In this document: positions 28,282 to 42,561 of the stretch, piece after piece
Layout of the letters: every line of letters starts with the position of its first letter
Numbering within the stretch: position 1 is the stretch's first letter
Assembly: GCF_009914755.1 (NCBI RefSeq)
Contig: NC_060927.1
DNA: 64,000 bases
Direction: 5' to 3' (one strand)
Source: the human T2T-CHM13v2.0 reference genome, Homo sapiens
Position numbers and translations under genes: made by a program
Notes under the pieces: model-generated
Told to the model about the DNA's origin: nothing
The model's input: only the letters and a program-made list of their open reading frames with translations
The model's database searches: none

Positions 28282-31200
28282 GGGGAGGGGAGGGGTATTA
28301 TAGCTGTTTGTCCCTTAAGCACAATAATCAACCATTTCTTCTGGAATGATTTATTTAGAGTTATTACCAGGAACATCACCTACTGGAGTGTGTTAGGTAA
28401 TGATGTCCTCAGGGCTACTGAAATTCACTGGGTCTCGGCTTCACATCAACTGGCTTGCTCAGACTGTTATAATTGCCGTTCTGGCATCTCTGTATATGAT
28501 CCTTTGTCTTCCTCCTCCATTCCTGCCTACTCATTTCTGTGTCTACGGTCACCAGTCATACCCACATATCCTCTATTTACTACTGCTAATTGGCTGTGGG
28601 CTAGAAAAGCAAATAAACTAAGTCTTGTTAGATTTATTTGCAAAAGGGTAGTCATTTTGGGTAATAGGCCTTCAGGGAACAACTGCTAAGCTCTTCACCA
28701 TATAGTCCTTGAGAGGAGGACTTATTAGCCCAGTGGCTGGCACAGAGTAGCCACTTAATACATGTGTTGATTAAATGAATGCATGAGATTTGTGATCCCA
28801 GGCCCACTTCTTAGAGGCACTGTCTGCTTAGTTTCAGGACTGTGACCATATTCTGCATGGTGGAGAGTGTGTCAAGTAGGACCATGAGGTAAGTGGACTG
28901 ACTCTTACTCAAGTAACCGGAATGTTCTATCTTCAAACAACGTGGGACCAAAGAGTGTACAGAGGAGCTCTGTTTTCCCATGACCCTCACTGGTGAGCGA
29001 GAACCTGTGATCTAGGAAAGGACCAAGCCAAAGGTGTACCTGGCAGGGCCAGACACCAAGTCCTGACCTGAAGGGCACATTCCACACTTAGAGTTTCAAA
29101 ATATCCCCATCAAAACCAAGAAAGGCATACTGCTATAAAAAGGTTGCTTAACCCCCAGACCTCCCAAAAGCAACAAAAGTAGCTTTCAAGAAAAGATTTG
29201 TTCCTTAAATTAGCCAACTGAAAATCTGAGAAATATGGCAAAAAAAAAAAAACCCACCACGAAACAAACTGTATATGTTCCCTTTATCCTACCCCTAACA
29301 AAAACAAAAAAGGCAAATATGGACCCCCTTTTCCTTTTCTATTTTGAATTAGAGAAACTCCAATCCTTAGGGTTGAGCAGTAGACCTCTGCCAAGGACCC
29401 ACCTCCCTACAAGTGTCCTTACTTCCAAGGAGCTGGGCAGAACTGGTTACTCAGGCTTCTGGGACAGGGCCCCGAAGATGGGCCCTAAGCCCCAAACCAC
29501 ATCTGCCAGCACATGCTCTCAGAAGGGCAGCCTCCTCTAGTTCCCCCTCCCTGTCTCCTTCACCCCGGCCCCTTGCCCTATTTGGTCTCTAAAAACTCCT
29601 CTCTTTATTCAGTTCAACTCAAAAAGACATTCATGGAGCAGCCACTAAATGCAAGGAGCTGTGCAGGGGGCTCACACACGAGGGATGATGTGGACAATAA
29701 TGTGTGTGTGCTGCCCTGCTCAGGCCCTGCCAGTTCCCTCCCCCAGCTCCCAACCTAATAACACTAGTCTTATTTGCTTTTTTTCCACCAACCTGCAAGT
29801 CTCATTTTATTTAGCTCTGTAGCCTAGTGTTTGGTATATGTGCTCAAATCAATAATTCCTGAGTGACTGGTCACATATATCAAGCAGACACACCCACAAT
29901 AATGCTAACACATAGGTGACTAATGAATAGCACAAAAAAGGGACAAATAGTACCAGAAAAACCCGAACACCAAAAGCAACAAAACCCCAACAACCATAAG
30001 TGAAATAAATAGACTTTTTCATGGCAAGGACTTCTGAAGGGGTGGGCTCTGAGCAGCACCTGGAGCCAAGTGAAGCATACTGCTTACAAAAAGGCAAGGG
30101 GGGCCGGGTGGGCCTGGCAGGAAAATTGGTGGTACTAGTGGGGAAGAGGAGGGGCAGGATGACCAGGGCTGTGTGCGTGTCTGTGGACAGATGCAGGCTT
30201 TGTAGGAAAGAGAGGAGGTGATTCGAGATGAGGCTTTATAGGTAGGAGAAAGTTGTGTTTTAGAAAGCCTCTAAACTTCATAATGAGATGGGATTTCATC
30301 CTGAAAGGTACTGGTGAGCCATAAAGTTTCTGAGGAAAGTTGTGCAGGAATAGTACTCATGCTGTGGCAAGACCACTCTAGAAGTGACAGGCAAGACAGA
30401 TGAGAGGTCTGCGTCCAGAGGCCGACAAGTCCAGGGAGGCACAAGGGCAACAGGCCTGAGTCTCATTTTGGTGGTATTAGGTTTTCTGTTCCTCTAAGTG
30501 GCTAATAGTTTTCCAAGGAAGATCTAGAACAATGATCATTTTGTAACTTGAATTATAGTAATCTATATTGAAGTTTTTTGGCTAAGGGTTTTATAGCATT
30601 AAAAAGAGTTAGCGCCTCCATATATTAGTATTCCATGTTCAAAGTAATTATTATTTTCACCTGATAGAAGAGTTCACTGAAGCCCAGAAAGGCAAAGGAA
30701 CTAAGCCTGGGGAGGGGCGGGGGTAAGGAAGTCACAGGGGAAACGGATCCACAGGCCCAGAGGTGTTCTGGAGCTCCCTAGTGCCAGCAATCCTGATAAG
30801 ATGTGGTGTCAAAATGATGATCTGAGCTCTGTGAGGGGCAGTGTGTGGGAAGTCAAAGGAAATCAGCTAGTATTCCTTCATAGAGTTCTAGAAACCAAAA
30901 CCAAGAAATGCCTGAAATTAGTGCTATTCTAAAAGCAACAACAAAAACTGCCTGTGGTCCAGAGAATTGCCTCCAGATCCATACATAACACACGTGCTTC
31001 ATTATACCTTATCATAAGTGTGCTCTTCCACTAACCCACACTGACAGACACAAATATACTTAGTGAAGTGGAGTCTGGGGCTCCATGAGCCCCAGGGACT
31101 GGGTTGCTGAGTCAGCCTTGGGGTATACCACTTATGCCTCAGTCCCCATGCTGTCTCTCCATGGTAGGCAGCTCAAAGGGTTTGAACATCGTGGTGCTAA

Positions 31201-33141
31201 TGCCAAGCTCTCAGGCCCCATCCCACTGTGGCACTTCATCGGGTTGGCCAGGATGAACTGGCCTGGCCAAGTGTTGACTGCTAGTGATGGGCAGAATCCA
31301 GCTACATCATTTGTTGAGTGAGGGGCAAATCCCTACTAATCTTTATCATGTGGCAAAAAAACCCAAAACAAAACCCTGACCCACAGTCCATGCTTTATGG
31401 ACAGGGTCAAAGCATGATTGTCACATCAAACATAAAGTTCTCTACTGAATGTATTAGAGTCCCAAAATGCCACTGTTCTCAGTCCAGCAAGTGTACCAAG
31501 GACCCCCATCCTCTCAGATTGCCAACAAGTCCTATTCACCTGCTTTTATAAGACAAGATCCCACACTAAAGTCATGGAGTAGTTCAGCCAGATCTAAAAC
31601 CAAATCTTTAGAAGCACCTCAAAGTACTTTGTGAGGATTACTTTTCTAAAACACCGCATCCACCCACATTCTCACATCCACATGAACATTCATGCACTCG
31701 TGAACAGCACACATCTTGAGACGGTACAAAGTAGCATCAACAAAGGGCAATTAATTCAACCATTGGAGCCTGTATGAAATAGCTGTATACAGACTGGTTT
31801 AACAAACTTGAAATCAGGTGCAATGATCTCCCCTTGGCTTAGAGATAAGGATAATCTATATACTTAAAACAAAAATTGAGGGATTAAACTTTCTGGCTCC
31901 CTACAAGTAGGAACTATAAAATCGAAACTCAATTTCATCAGCCTCTTAGCAGATGTCATGAACATCAGCAAAATAGTAGAAACTCTAAAATAGGATGCTT
32001 TTGGCTTAAGCCAAAATTTGTTTCGAGTGAATATGTGACATTTTAATAAATCTATTATTATGCTAGACTGCTGTTGAGGGCTGGTCTGGTATCCTCTTGA
32101 ACTTGTCCTAAACACTGAATTCCCACCTAAACTAATTCTTACCACAGTTAAATAGTTCAGTCTACCCTTAAACAATCACTTAAAATGTCCACTGAAAGAG
32201 GGTAGCATCTTTTCTGATATGTCTATAACTCTCAGCTGAAATTCACTCTAATCAATATAACATTAACCTTCTATGGTTTAAATCGTACAGTCTTAAAAAT
32301 GTGGTGTTTGTTTCTTTTAGAACTTCTCACATTTTAGAGTGATAGTCTTAAAGTATTCACAAGCCAGCCCTGCAACCTCAAAGATCAAATAGATGATCTT
32401 TGCCTTAGAAGCTTTAGAAACAAAATTGGTCAAGTAGAAAATTAATTCACCTGCACTACAATTACCTTTATTTGTGTAAGGATCCAAAAGGATTGTAAAT
32501 TTTATGCCCACTTTTTAGATGAGTCTCAGAAAAACAAAGAGGGAATCATGAATCACTGTGTTTGAAATATTTCATTAAAAAATAGGATGAGTCACTAAAC
32601 TTTTTCAAAAAGGTAAGGGTGTGGTATGAAGCCTAACAGAAGAAAGGTGCCTTATCTTCTGCGGCACACCCTGCTAGCCAAGGAAAGTGTCCAGACAGGC
32701 AGAGTGAGCTGGCCTGTTTTATAAGATCTTTGCTACCAACAAGTCTACACTGTTTCTCTCTCTATAGCAGGGGCTGTCTCCCTCTGACTGCCTTTTGTCT
32801 CTGTCATACTCAGCCTTCAACAAAAAACAAATGGAAAAAAAAAAAGTAAAATATTGTACCTCCAAGCCAAACCTTACACATATTACAGTTCATTGAGGAA
32901 ACCAGGAAGTGGTCGGTAAACCGAAATTTCCTTCTTGCCTCATAACTGACCACCTTCTTACAAAACCCATTCATGCACACACTCAGACTCCTACCAATGT
33001 CCTTCATTTCAGAAAACAGTCTGGGATTTGGATAGCTCATGGAGGCTAACAGTTCCTCTACTTACTATAACTATTTTATTACAATTGGCTATTTTACCAG
33101 CTCCTGGCTTTACTAATCTACTAAAAAAAAATATGCACCCG

Positions 33142-33290
33142 AACCAGGTGTAGTGGTTCACATCTGCAATCCCAACCCTTTGGGAGGCTGAGGCAAGAGG
33201 ATCACTGGAGCCCAGGAGTTAGAGACCAGCCTGGCCAACATAGTGAGACCTTGTTTCTATAAATTTTTTTTAATTGGGGGAAAAAAAAGA
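33142..33290 (+). mobile_element. Alu monomer (FLAM-like)
   Basis: Single Alu left arm. Confidence 0.8.
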
Positions 33291-34155
33291 CACACTCATG
33301 TACAGTGTGACATAATAAATGTTACAAACATTGGAAATCCGTAGAAGACACCACTCATTTGGGTAACACGGTCTACTTTCCCTTTTCATGGGTATCATTT
33401 ATACATTGCAATGAACAGAAAAATTGAGACAAGTTTAAAACAAGCCACTTGTAAGAGTAACTGGTTAAAAAAAATCAGAATTTTAGAGCTGGGAGAAATA
33501 TTAAAGACCATGTGGTAGATTTTAGTCAAATTTTCCTGTTTTACAAATGTGAAAATTTAAGTCCTTTTGACATTTTGTTGAAAACTTATGTTTTAGGCAA
33601 AACATGCAGTACTGGCTACAGCAATGGAGATGGGCATCAACATTAACTGAATGCCTATTATGCTTCAGGACTACGCAAAGCAGCTCGTTTTAATTCTTAC
33701 AGCAACCCAGCATGGCAGCTTTTATTCGCCATTGCAGAGATGGAAAAAGTAAGGCTCAGAGGGGTTGGGGAATATTCCCAAGGTCGCATTGAGTGAGGTG
33801 GTGGTGGAGCCAGGATTCAAAACGGCTCTGCTTGCCGTCACAGACTGCACTTTTTAGCACAGCACATGGATTTTTTTTTTCCACCCAAAGTTGGAATGAG
33901 ACAAATGCACAAGCAGGAAATAGGAGTTGTACTTCCTGCTCCCTTACACACATTTGAGGGACCTGAGGAGAAGTTACTTCAACTTAGCTTTAGCATCTTC
34001 CTCTCTAAAGTGAGGGGGATGGACTAGGATCTCTAATCTCTGACTCTTTAAAAAAAAACAAAACAAACAAACAAAAACACTCAAAAAAGGCACTCTAAGC
34101 AGACTTTCCTTTCACTGGCTTCTGGGCACCCATAATACCTATTCTTTAAAAACAA

Positions 34156-34461
<306 letters not shown>

Positions 34462-37400
34462 ATTGAGCATTCCTTCTTCTATGAGCCCCTTCTGGCACCT
34501 GTCTCATTAATGGAGCATGACACTCATTGGGTTACCTCAATCAGACTTGGGCCCTCAAAAACATAGCTGCTTGTAAAGAGACTGTGAGAACTACCCGCCC
34601 TGCTTCCAAATTGTGGTCCACTCTGTTTTACAGATGAGTAAGGAAGTGAAGCTCAAGGAGTCAGTGGATCTTCACAGGGAGGTGGCTAACTTGTTTTCTA
34701 GGTCTAATGGATGGTAACTACTACAATCTGTTTAATTGCTACGCTGCCATCTCCCTGCATTAACTTCTCCTTGCAGGAAGTTTGTAAGCCAGCAGGAGCA
34801 TCTTCATAAAGGCAACAATAAATGACTGCTCCAGCTACCCAATGAACACTTGCCGATGACGGTGATACTCTCATAGTTTGTGAACCCCTTGTAATCCAGT
34901 GCATGATCTCATTTGACAATGAACTGCCTTCTGGCCTCTGTGAGGGTAGGCTCCAGTTCTGCTTGATTGTTGCCAAAGTGTGGGATATGCTGAATGTAGG
35001 GTGGGGCCCTGATTCTTTCCTGACCCTCACTTAAGGTGTCACCACTGCCTCCATCAGGGCACTGGGCTGCTTGCTACACATGCCTCTTCCTGTTTGATTC
35101 TCACATCTACTCTATTTTGCACATATAAATGCCCACTTCCCCATCCTGCTTTTAGAAACGAGAAAACTGAAGCATGCCTACAACCATACTTCCAGGAAGT
35201 GGTGGAGACAGGATATACTCCCAAAGTCTGCTCTTGCCCCAGGGCTTGCTTTTCACTACTTACTACAATAATTAAATTTTGTCTAGTAACTAGAAAATAA
35301 AAGGGGGAGGAGTATTGATGTTTCCATCAGTGACCTTGGGTTACTTACGGTTTGGCTATCTTGTCCACACATGGTTATGCAGAGGTGGCATTATCGAGTG
35401 GGCTGCATGCAGTGGTGCTCACAGGCCACAGGCCTGAACATAAGCATTTTGGGCTCTAAGGTGGGGCCCTGGCTGAATACCAGCCAACATTTAGAATACC
35501 GATCCTGCCCTAACCTAGGAGGCAGGAAGGCCGTGAAGCCTCAGCCAGAAGAGTCACCTAGGATTGAATCCCTAAAATCTGCTTTGGCTGGGAAATACTT
35601 CCTGTGGTGCCAAGTAACAGAATGCTGCTTTTTGTGAGAAAAAACGCCTCCCCCCATGCTAGGCAGAGACCTATCAGCAAAGGTTCCCACCTGAGGATGT
35701 TGAGAATGACACCTGGGCCCACATTGTGTCATGTGCAGCCACACAGCCACTGTGACATCACTTAGGCTAGGCCAGAGCTTGGTTGTTTTTAGGGACTAAA
35801 AGCAAAAGTGCTTAGAGAAATCCGAAAGACTAGCTAGGGAAGGGAGAGAACCAGTTATTGCAACTGTACTAGGTACTAGGGCCTAAAAAGGGGAGCCATT
35901 TGACTTTCAGGAATCTGCTGGTATCACTTATTCCAGGCACTGTAAGTGGCAGTGCAAGAGCAGAGCCCTGGGAGGAACCTGGGACCACAGAAAGAAGGCT
36001 GTAATGGGCTGTGAGAAAGAGAACACAGCCCCTGCTTACCTGGTGAGGGGCTCTCCAGCCATTCACCAGAGGGCTTTGGAAATAGATGGGAGGCTAGTGC
36101 TAAAGGGAATGAAGACTGAGCTTGGAATCAAGAGGCCAGAGTTTACTCCCAATCCTGCCACTCGCTAACCTCATGATCTCAGGCAAGACAGTTACCATTC
36201 TGGGCCTCAGTTTCCTCATTTGATAAAACAAAGGGGAAGATCACGCTGATTGCTAGGGCCCCTTGCAGGGCTGAGATTCTATGAGTCCTCTGTTCTCAGG
36301 AGCAAATTCAACGTTTTCTTTGTTAATATCTTGGATTTTACATTTTTTTACCAAAAGCTTCACTTACCTCTTTTCCCGATTTGCTAATATTCAAAAAGAA
36401 GCCCACTAGTAACTATCTCTCTTAGCAATTTCCTGAGCATGTTTAGTTTTTTCAATCAAGTACAGCATAAAATTACGACTTCCTTTTGTTCATTTAATTT
36501 TTTTCAGAGTGGAAAAAGCACTAGCAAAATATATCAAGTATAATGAAGTGGTAAATGAAAGAAGTCTTAAAAACCCCAATTTAAACATGGTCATTTTTCA
36601 ATATTCAAATATTTGCATATCCAGGATCCATTCTGAGTTTAAAAACCTGGCAAGATACTCACTTGAGGGCAAAATGAGACTTAGGTTAACTGACTTGTTC
36701 AAAGTCATAAAGCAAGTTAATAGCAAAGCCCAAATCTTTGGACTAAGATGCCCGGAAGTCTTTCTACCATAGATTGTTATCTTCCTAAACAACCTGTCTT
36801 TCTAGATTCTCTGCTACTATTTCTTGGTTTAGAAACATACACTTCACATACTGAAGACTTTACTGCAACAGGACTGTGGCCAGAACTGTACTTGTCTCAT
36901 TAGGCTTACCTTGCTAAGGTAAGAAAGTGATCTCACTCAAAGGCATTGCATCTCCACTGACCTTGAATAGGAAATACATATTCATATCTTGCCAAGAGTT
37001 CAAGTGCCAAGTCAATACATACTACGAAGTCTATGGTTTGGAGGAGACTATGAAATGATGACATTTCCCATGCATTCCAAATGTATTAGGATGTATGACT
37101 GAATTAAGTGGGACATGCACCTGGAGCCTTCTCACCTTCACAGTTGACAGCCATGAATGAACTGGCCATTTGTCTCTGGAAATCTGCTTCCGAGGAGGAA
37201 AGCAAATGATTTTTTAAAATGCAAAACAGGAAGGAACTAAAGGCAGCATGGCATGAGCCTCATTTTTTCCCCAACAGGTCAACACTGAGACATCACCCCT
37301 CCACTTCTACTTGAGACTTTGTTACTTTCCATGGCTATCAGGGTGTGTGTGTTTAAATATTTCTACATTTGGTAAGCAGGATCTGTTACCCCCTTTTCTC

Positions 37401-37908
37401 AAATATGCCCTAATGAGACATAGGAAACATGCTGTCACTCTCCCAAAATGAAACACACATGAAGACTGTATAACTTTTCCTCTAATTAAGAGTAAGCTTT
37501 ACCCATGTATTACTAGCAATTTTTCTATCACTGTAATCTCAAGTTACAATGTCTAGAAGACAGATGAAGACCTGCTGGCCAGACTATGACAGTATTCTTT
37601 ACAGATATTCTTCATTTCTATCATTATTTTATTACTTATTTTATTATTTTTTAGCGATGGGGTCTATGTTGCCCAGGCTGGACTCAAACTCCGGGGCTTA
37701 AGGGATCCTCCCACCTCATTCTTTTAAGACAAGGTACAGGCGGGACAAATGCAAAGTGTTTAAAGGAAACAGATCTACAGGCAAAACGGTAACTGACTTT
37801 GTACATTTCAAGGGTGCTGGGCTAATGGTGAAAATGCAAAGGAAAAGGCCTAAAACATGGCCATGTCTGCTTAGGACTGGGAACAGAAGGTTTCCTGCTG
37901 GGCTTTTA

Positions 37909-38209
<301 letters not shown>

Positions 38210-39150
38210 GCTCTCTGCAACATCAGCACCACAGACTCAGCATTGCCCTGAAGCTCTTTTGTAACTGGCTTTTATTGGTTTAATTAACCAAGGATGGGTG
38301 GGACAGAGTTACTCCATCTCTGTCATGTTATTGTTGCCGGCTTGTGGCTAGCAGCAGCTCTTTACCTTTTGTATTTGATACCTGGCCTGCACAATTAGCA
38401 CCTTATTATAGGCTGGCCTCTCTTCTAATTGCCACGTCTCAATTGAGCACTTTATTTTATTGTCTTGTTCATGCAGTAGTTCGAGGTCCTGGGCTCCCCC
38501 ACTATAATAAATTCTAAACTACTTTTAGGCAGGTGTTGTGTTTTGAGTTTATCTCTTTATGCCCATAAGAACACCAGGGACTCACAGGCATGCAAACACA
38601 CTGTCTGGAGTTTCTAGATATCTGAGTATGGCATACGGTTGGAATCTGGGTCTCCATGCATGCTACTCAACCCTAGTACCAGATCTATCAGCCATCTTTG
38701 CCATTGAGGGCTCTCTCCTTAGCTACTTGGAGTTAAGCTCTTATTCTGCTCATATATAACCTTTTACCTTGTTTAAAATATTGGGTTGCAACAGACACAG
38801 CAACATCCCATCAGCACCACATTCCATGTTCCTCTAGAAAAATGATTCAAGGGATATGAGTTTATGCTTGAACAGACTTCTTGCTTTTGGAATTAAGATT
38901 AACTATATAGTTCATAGGACAGTTACCAACGCCATAACAAAATTGGGATTTCCTTCACCAAATAATCTGGTGAATGTAATAAAACCTGGGGGGAGGCTGT
39001 GTAAGGTGATGGTTAGGAGTATGGGCAGGAGAGCTAGACTGCCTGGTCTCAAGTCCTGGTTCTGCCATTTACCAATGATGTAACCTGTGACCCTGGTTAA
39101 GGCATTTAACCTCTCTGTGCCTCATTTCCCAATCTGTAAAATAGGGATAA

Positions 39151-39498
<348 letters not shown>

Positions 39499-41487
39499 GG
39501 TTAATCTTTATAAAGTGCTTAGAACAATGCTTGGCATACAATAAGCACTATGTAAATTAGTGTTGAAAATTAGAGTATAAGGTTTTAGAATACACAAACC
39601 TACAGAATAGTATGCCCCAATTCATTTATTCATTCAATAAATGAATCTAATAGTGATGGAAAAACAAGACGGTTTAATACTGTGCCATCCTTGACTTCTT
39701 GATTTTTTTGGTTATCATATGTTCTTTGAATTACTTCAATACACTAAAAAAGAACTCAGAATTTATGGATTTTAAAGACGTCCAATGCACTATTACAGCA
39801 AAGGTGATAAAAATGTTCTGGCAGCATTTAAGCCGAATGATTAGTGAAGACTGTCATTGTTTTAGTAGACAATTTAAAAAGGAACATTCTACTGTTTACA
39901 TCTCTCTTACCTACTTAGCCTAATATATAAGACATCGTTCATAACATTATTTAGCAAATACTGCAGACCCTTGTCCAGTATGGAATTCCCGTCAATTGTG
40001 AGGGGGGGACAGTTCAAATACATGTTCTATATTTTAAGACATTGGAAAATCTTTATATAAAGATAACTCCATGGTATCTGAACTCAGGCTTTTCTTCCTG
40101 TGTCTTTCTGATCTGTCCATTTGCTGTCACCTCTTAAATCCTCAGTCTCCTCAGATATCCTAGCTTCTAAAATCCCACTTCCAGGGTCTCTCCTTTCTGA
40201 GCAATCTCTAGCACATCTAGAAAATATCATTTATAACATCAGCAATCTCATGTTATCTTATCACAACAGAGCTCCTCACATAAAACCCAGCCGTCCAACC
40301 ACACACAAACACATCTAAGTGCCACAACAGGTGGGGCACCTGTGCCTTCATTAGGGAGGAAATCCTTCCGGCTTCACCTCTTTCAGTTTCCCTGGAAGGC
40401 AAAGTCCAACCCTGCAAGCTGTCTTCCTTTTAGGTGCCCCTGTGGAGAATTACGTAGAGACATAAGAAACATCTAATGTCCAGTCTACGAAGAACTGATC
40501 ATCAATTTTGGAGCTCAGCAGTTTAATGCTTAAGAATGTGAGCAAGCACTTCCTCTCTATAACCTTATCAGACGACCTCCCAATCCCACTGTGCCCACTG
40601 ATGCGACCATCATAGCTCTAACCACCATGATCTGTGGTTATGTTGGCCCTGGAGCCTTCATCTGCCCAGGGAACTTCTCTGGGCATAGTATGTTTTACTT
40701 GTCTTGTGTTCTAAAGGTAGCACAAAGCCTATCTATAGTAGGCTCCCAATAGTTATCTGAAACTGTATTTGAAGCCACTATCTGATAAATACCATTTTTT
40801 TTTTTTTTTGGCTGAGGGTCCTCAAAAATGGAACATCAGGAAAGTCATCAGAATTGCTTTAACCTGCCCTCCTTGCTTCAACTAATTTGGGTTAACTTTC
40901 TCCCATTTATCCACACGGCTCCTTTAAAACTTGCACCATACTTTGTCAGCCCCGCCTTAATGAGTTCCTTTGGTGACCCCAGCTTCACCTTGCAGATATC
41001 CTCTCCGGGTATCCAATGCCCATACTCCCACTCGGCCATCGCAAGGGGTTGGGGTTGGCTTTTTTTCGGGCAACTGCTCACAGCTCCCAGTAATCACTTC
41101 CATCAAGCCGGGGTTTCCAGTTCCCGCTAGGAAGCGTTGGGGACGTCCGGGCACTGCGCACCTCGCCAGTGCCGGTTACCAAGCGCCTCCTCCCCCGTCT
41201 GTGGGACAACGCTCTGGTAAGCACCCGAGGCAAGAGGTCCCAGCAAGGTAATGGGACAGCGTTCGGTCACAGAGAGTGAGCGAGCCAGCGAGAGATATTC
41301 CTGGGTGGAGGGGTGGGGACGCCTTAGGACTAGTGTCCCCCATTCCCGGACCCTTCCCACCAAGAACTACCTAGGGAGGGCTGCATCGCCTCTCCAGCCA
41401 TCCTAGGGACTAGAGAAATGGAGGGGAGAAGAGCAGGGAAACAGCACCCCCGGGCCAATCACGACGTCCGCCCCTCCTTAGTCGGGG

Positions 41488-41547
<60 letters not shown>
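41488..41547. repeat. Compound (CT)n(CA)n microsatellite
   Basis: About 12 TC units followed by about 17 CA units. Confidence 0.95.
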
Positions 41548-41550
<3 letters not shown>

Positions 41551-41674
41551 CCTAAGTCAACTCCAGCTCTGAGCAACTACGCCGCACGCCTCTCCCACTG
41601 GGAGTCCCCCGGCCCGTGAGGCTCGCCTCACCCCAGCTTCTTCACCCCTACCCCAGTTTCCCTTCCCAACTGAC

Positions 41675-41916
41675 CGTGAAGCCGGAGGCAGTTCCCCAGT
41701 CCCAGACCCCGGTGGGGCTCCCGCCGCCGCCGCCGCTGCCTTCCCCTGCAGTCCCCAACCCGGGACCCGGCCTCGGGCTTCGGCGATGGCTCCTCGGAAC
41801 GAGGCGCCGCGGCTCTCTGGACTCGGCCAGACACCGGGCGGCGCGCAGGAGAAGCCCATCGAGCTCTCCCGGCAGTGGCGGCGGCCGCGGCTGCAGGAGC
41901 GGCCGCCGCGCAGGTT
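41675..41916 (-). other. ZDHHC3: ZDHHC3 exon 1 (5' UTR)
   Basis: Within the CpG island; best - strand donor ACG|GTCAGT at 41674-41669. The TSS end is approximate. Confidence 0.75.
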
Positions 41917-42019
41917 GATGACGCGCTGACGCGGGGCGGGGGGGGGTGGGACGTGGGGGCGCGGTCCAGAGGAGGGGACGCGCGCAGATGACGTGCGGCT
42001 CGTGGGGCAGCTCGGCAGC

Positions 42020-42076
42020 ATGGCGTCCGTGACGCTGAGCGAGGCGGAGAAGGTGTACATCGTGCATGGCGTCCAG
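42020..42076 (+). CDS. EXOSC7: EXOSC7 exon 1: exosome complex component RRP42
   Basis: Strong Kozak GCAGCATGG; MASVTLSEAEKVYIVHGVQ; donor CAG|GTAGCT. Confidence 0.97.
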
Positions 42077-42561
42077 GTAGCTACAGCAGCGGCGTTGGGT
42101 CGGCCGCCGGGTTCAGCCTGGCCCTGCGGGTCGCGGCCTGCCCTGGGTTTGCCAGTGAGGAGGCAGCCGAGCTGCGGCGACTCTCCGTTTACCTTGTGAT
42201 TAAACGGTTCTGCTGCCGGCGTTTGCAATTCAGAGCTGGCAACGTGGACGTTTTTAGGACTGTTAGCGCATTTGCAGTTTTGCGGGTCTATAAGATTCCG
42301 AACCCGGGCAGGAAGCTTGGGCAGTCTCGGAGGCCTTTTCTTAGTGAGAGAGCATCGGCCCCAGGGCCATCCATTCGGCGTTCGCGCACAGATCTTGTCC
42401 GAGCCTCAGTTTTCTCTTCGAGGAAATGGGAGTTTGGAGGTGGGCTTCTGGCCTGCTTTTCCTCACCTCGTGGTTAGGAGGGCGCATGCGAGGTGAACGC
42501 ACTTTGAAAATACAAATTGCCGTACAAATAAAGGGGGAAGGGTTTTTAAAAAGCGGCTAGG

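Larger units (their letters stand above)
41100..42500. promoter_or_regulatory. CpG island and bidirectional promoter of ZDHHC3 and EXOSC7
   Basis: Sharp rise in GC and CpG content; GC box GGGGCGGG at 41933; TGACG half-CRE sites at 41919, 41927 and 41989; divergent first exons about 100 nt apart. Confidence 0.92.

Noticed and set aside
39620-39646. 11-bp AT-rich inverted repeat (similar short ones near 26122 and 53047)
   Set aside because: Low complexity and resembling L2 tail sequence; compatible with chance.
41988-42032. Out-of-frame ATG 32 nt upstream of the EXOSC7 start (14 codons, overlapping)
   Set aside because: Probably at or upstream of the TSS and part of a CRE-like motif; cannot be supported without TSS data.
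41557-42228. 223-aa ORF and other overlapping ORFs across the promoter
   Set aside because: Stop-poor GC-rich CpG island with a non-ATG start upstream of the TSS. Only the internal ATG at 41859 is kept, as a uORF.
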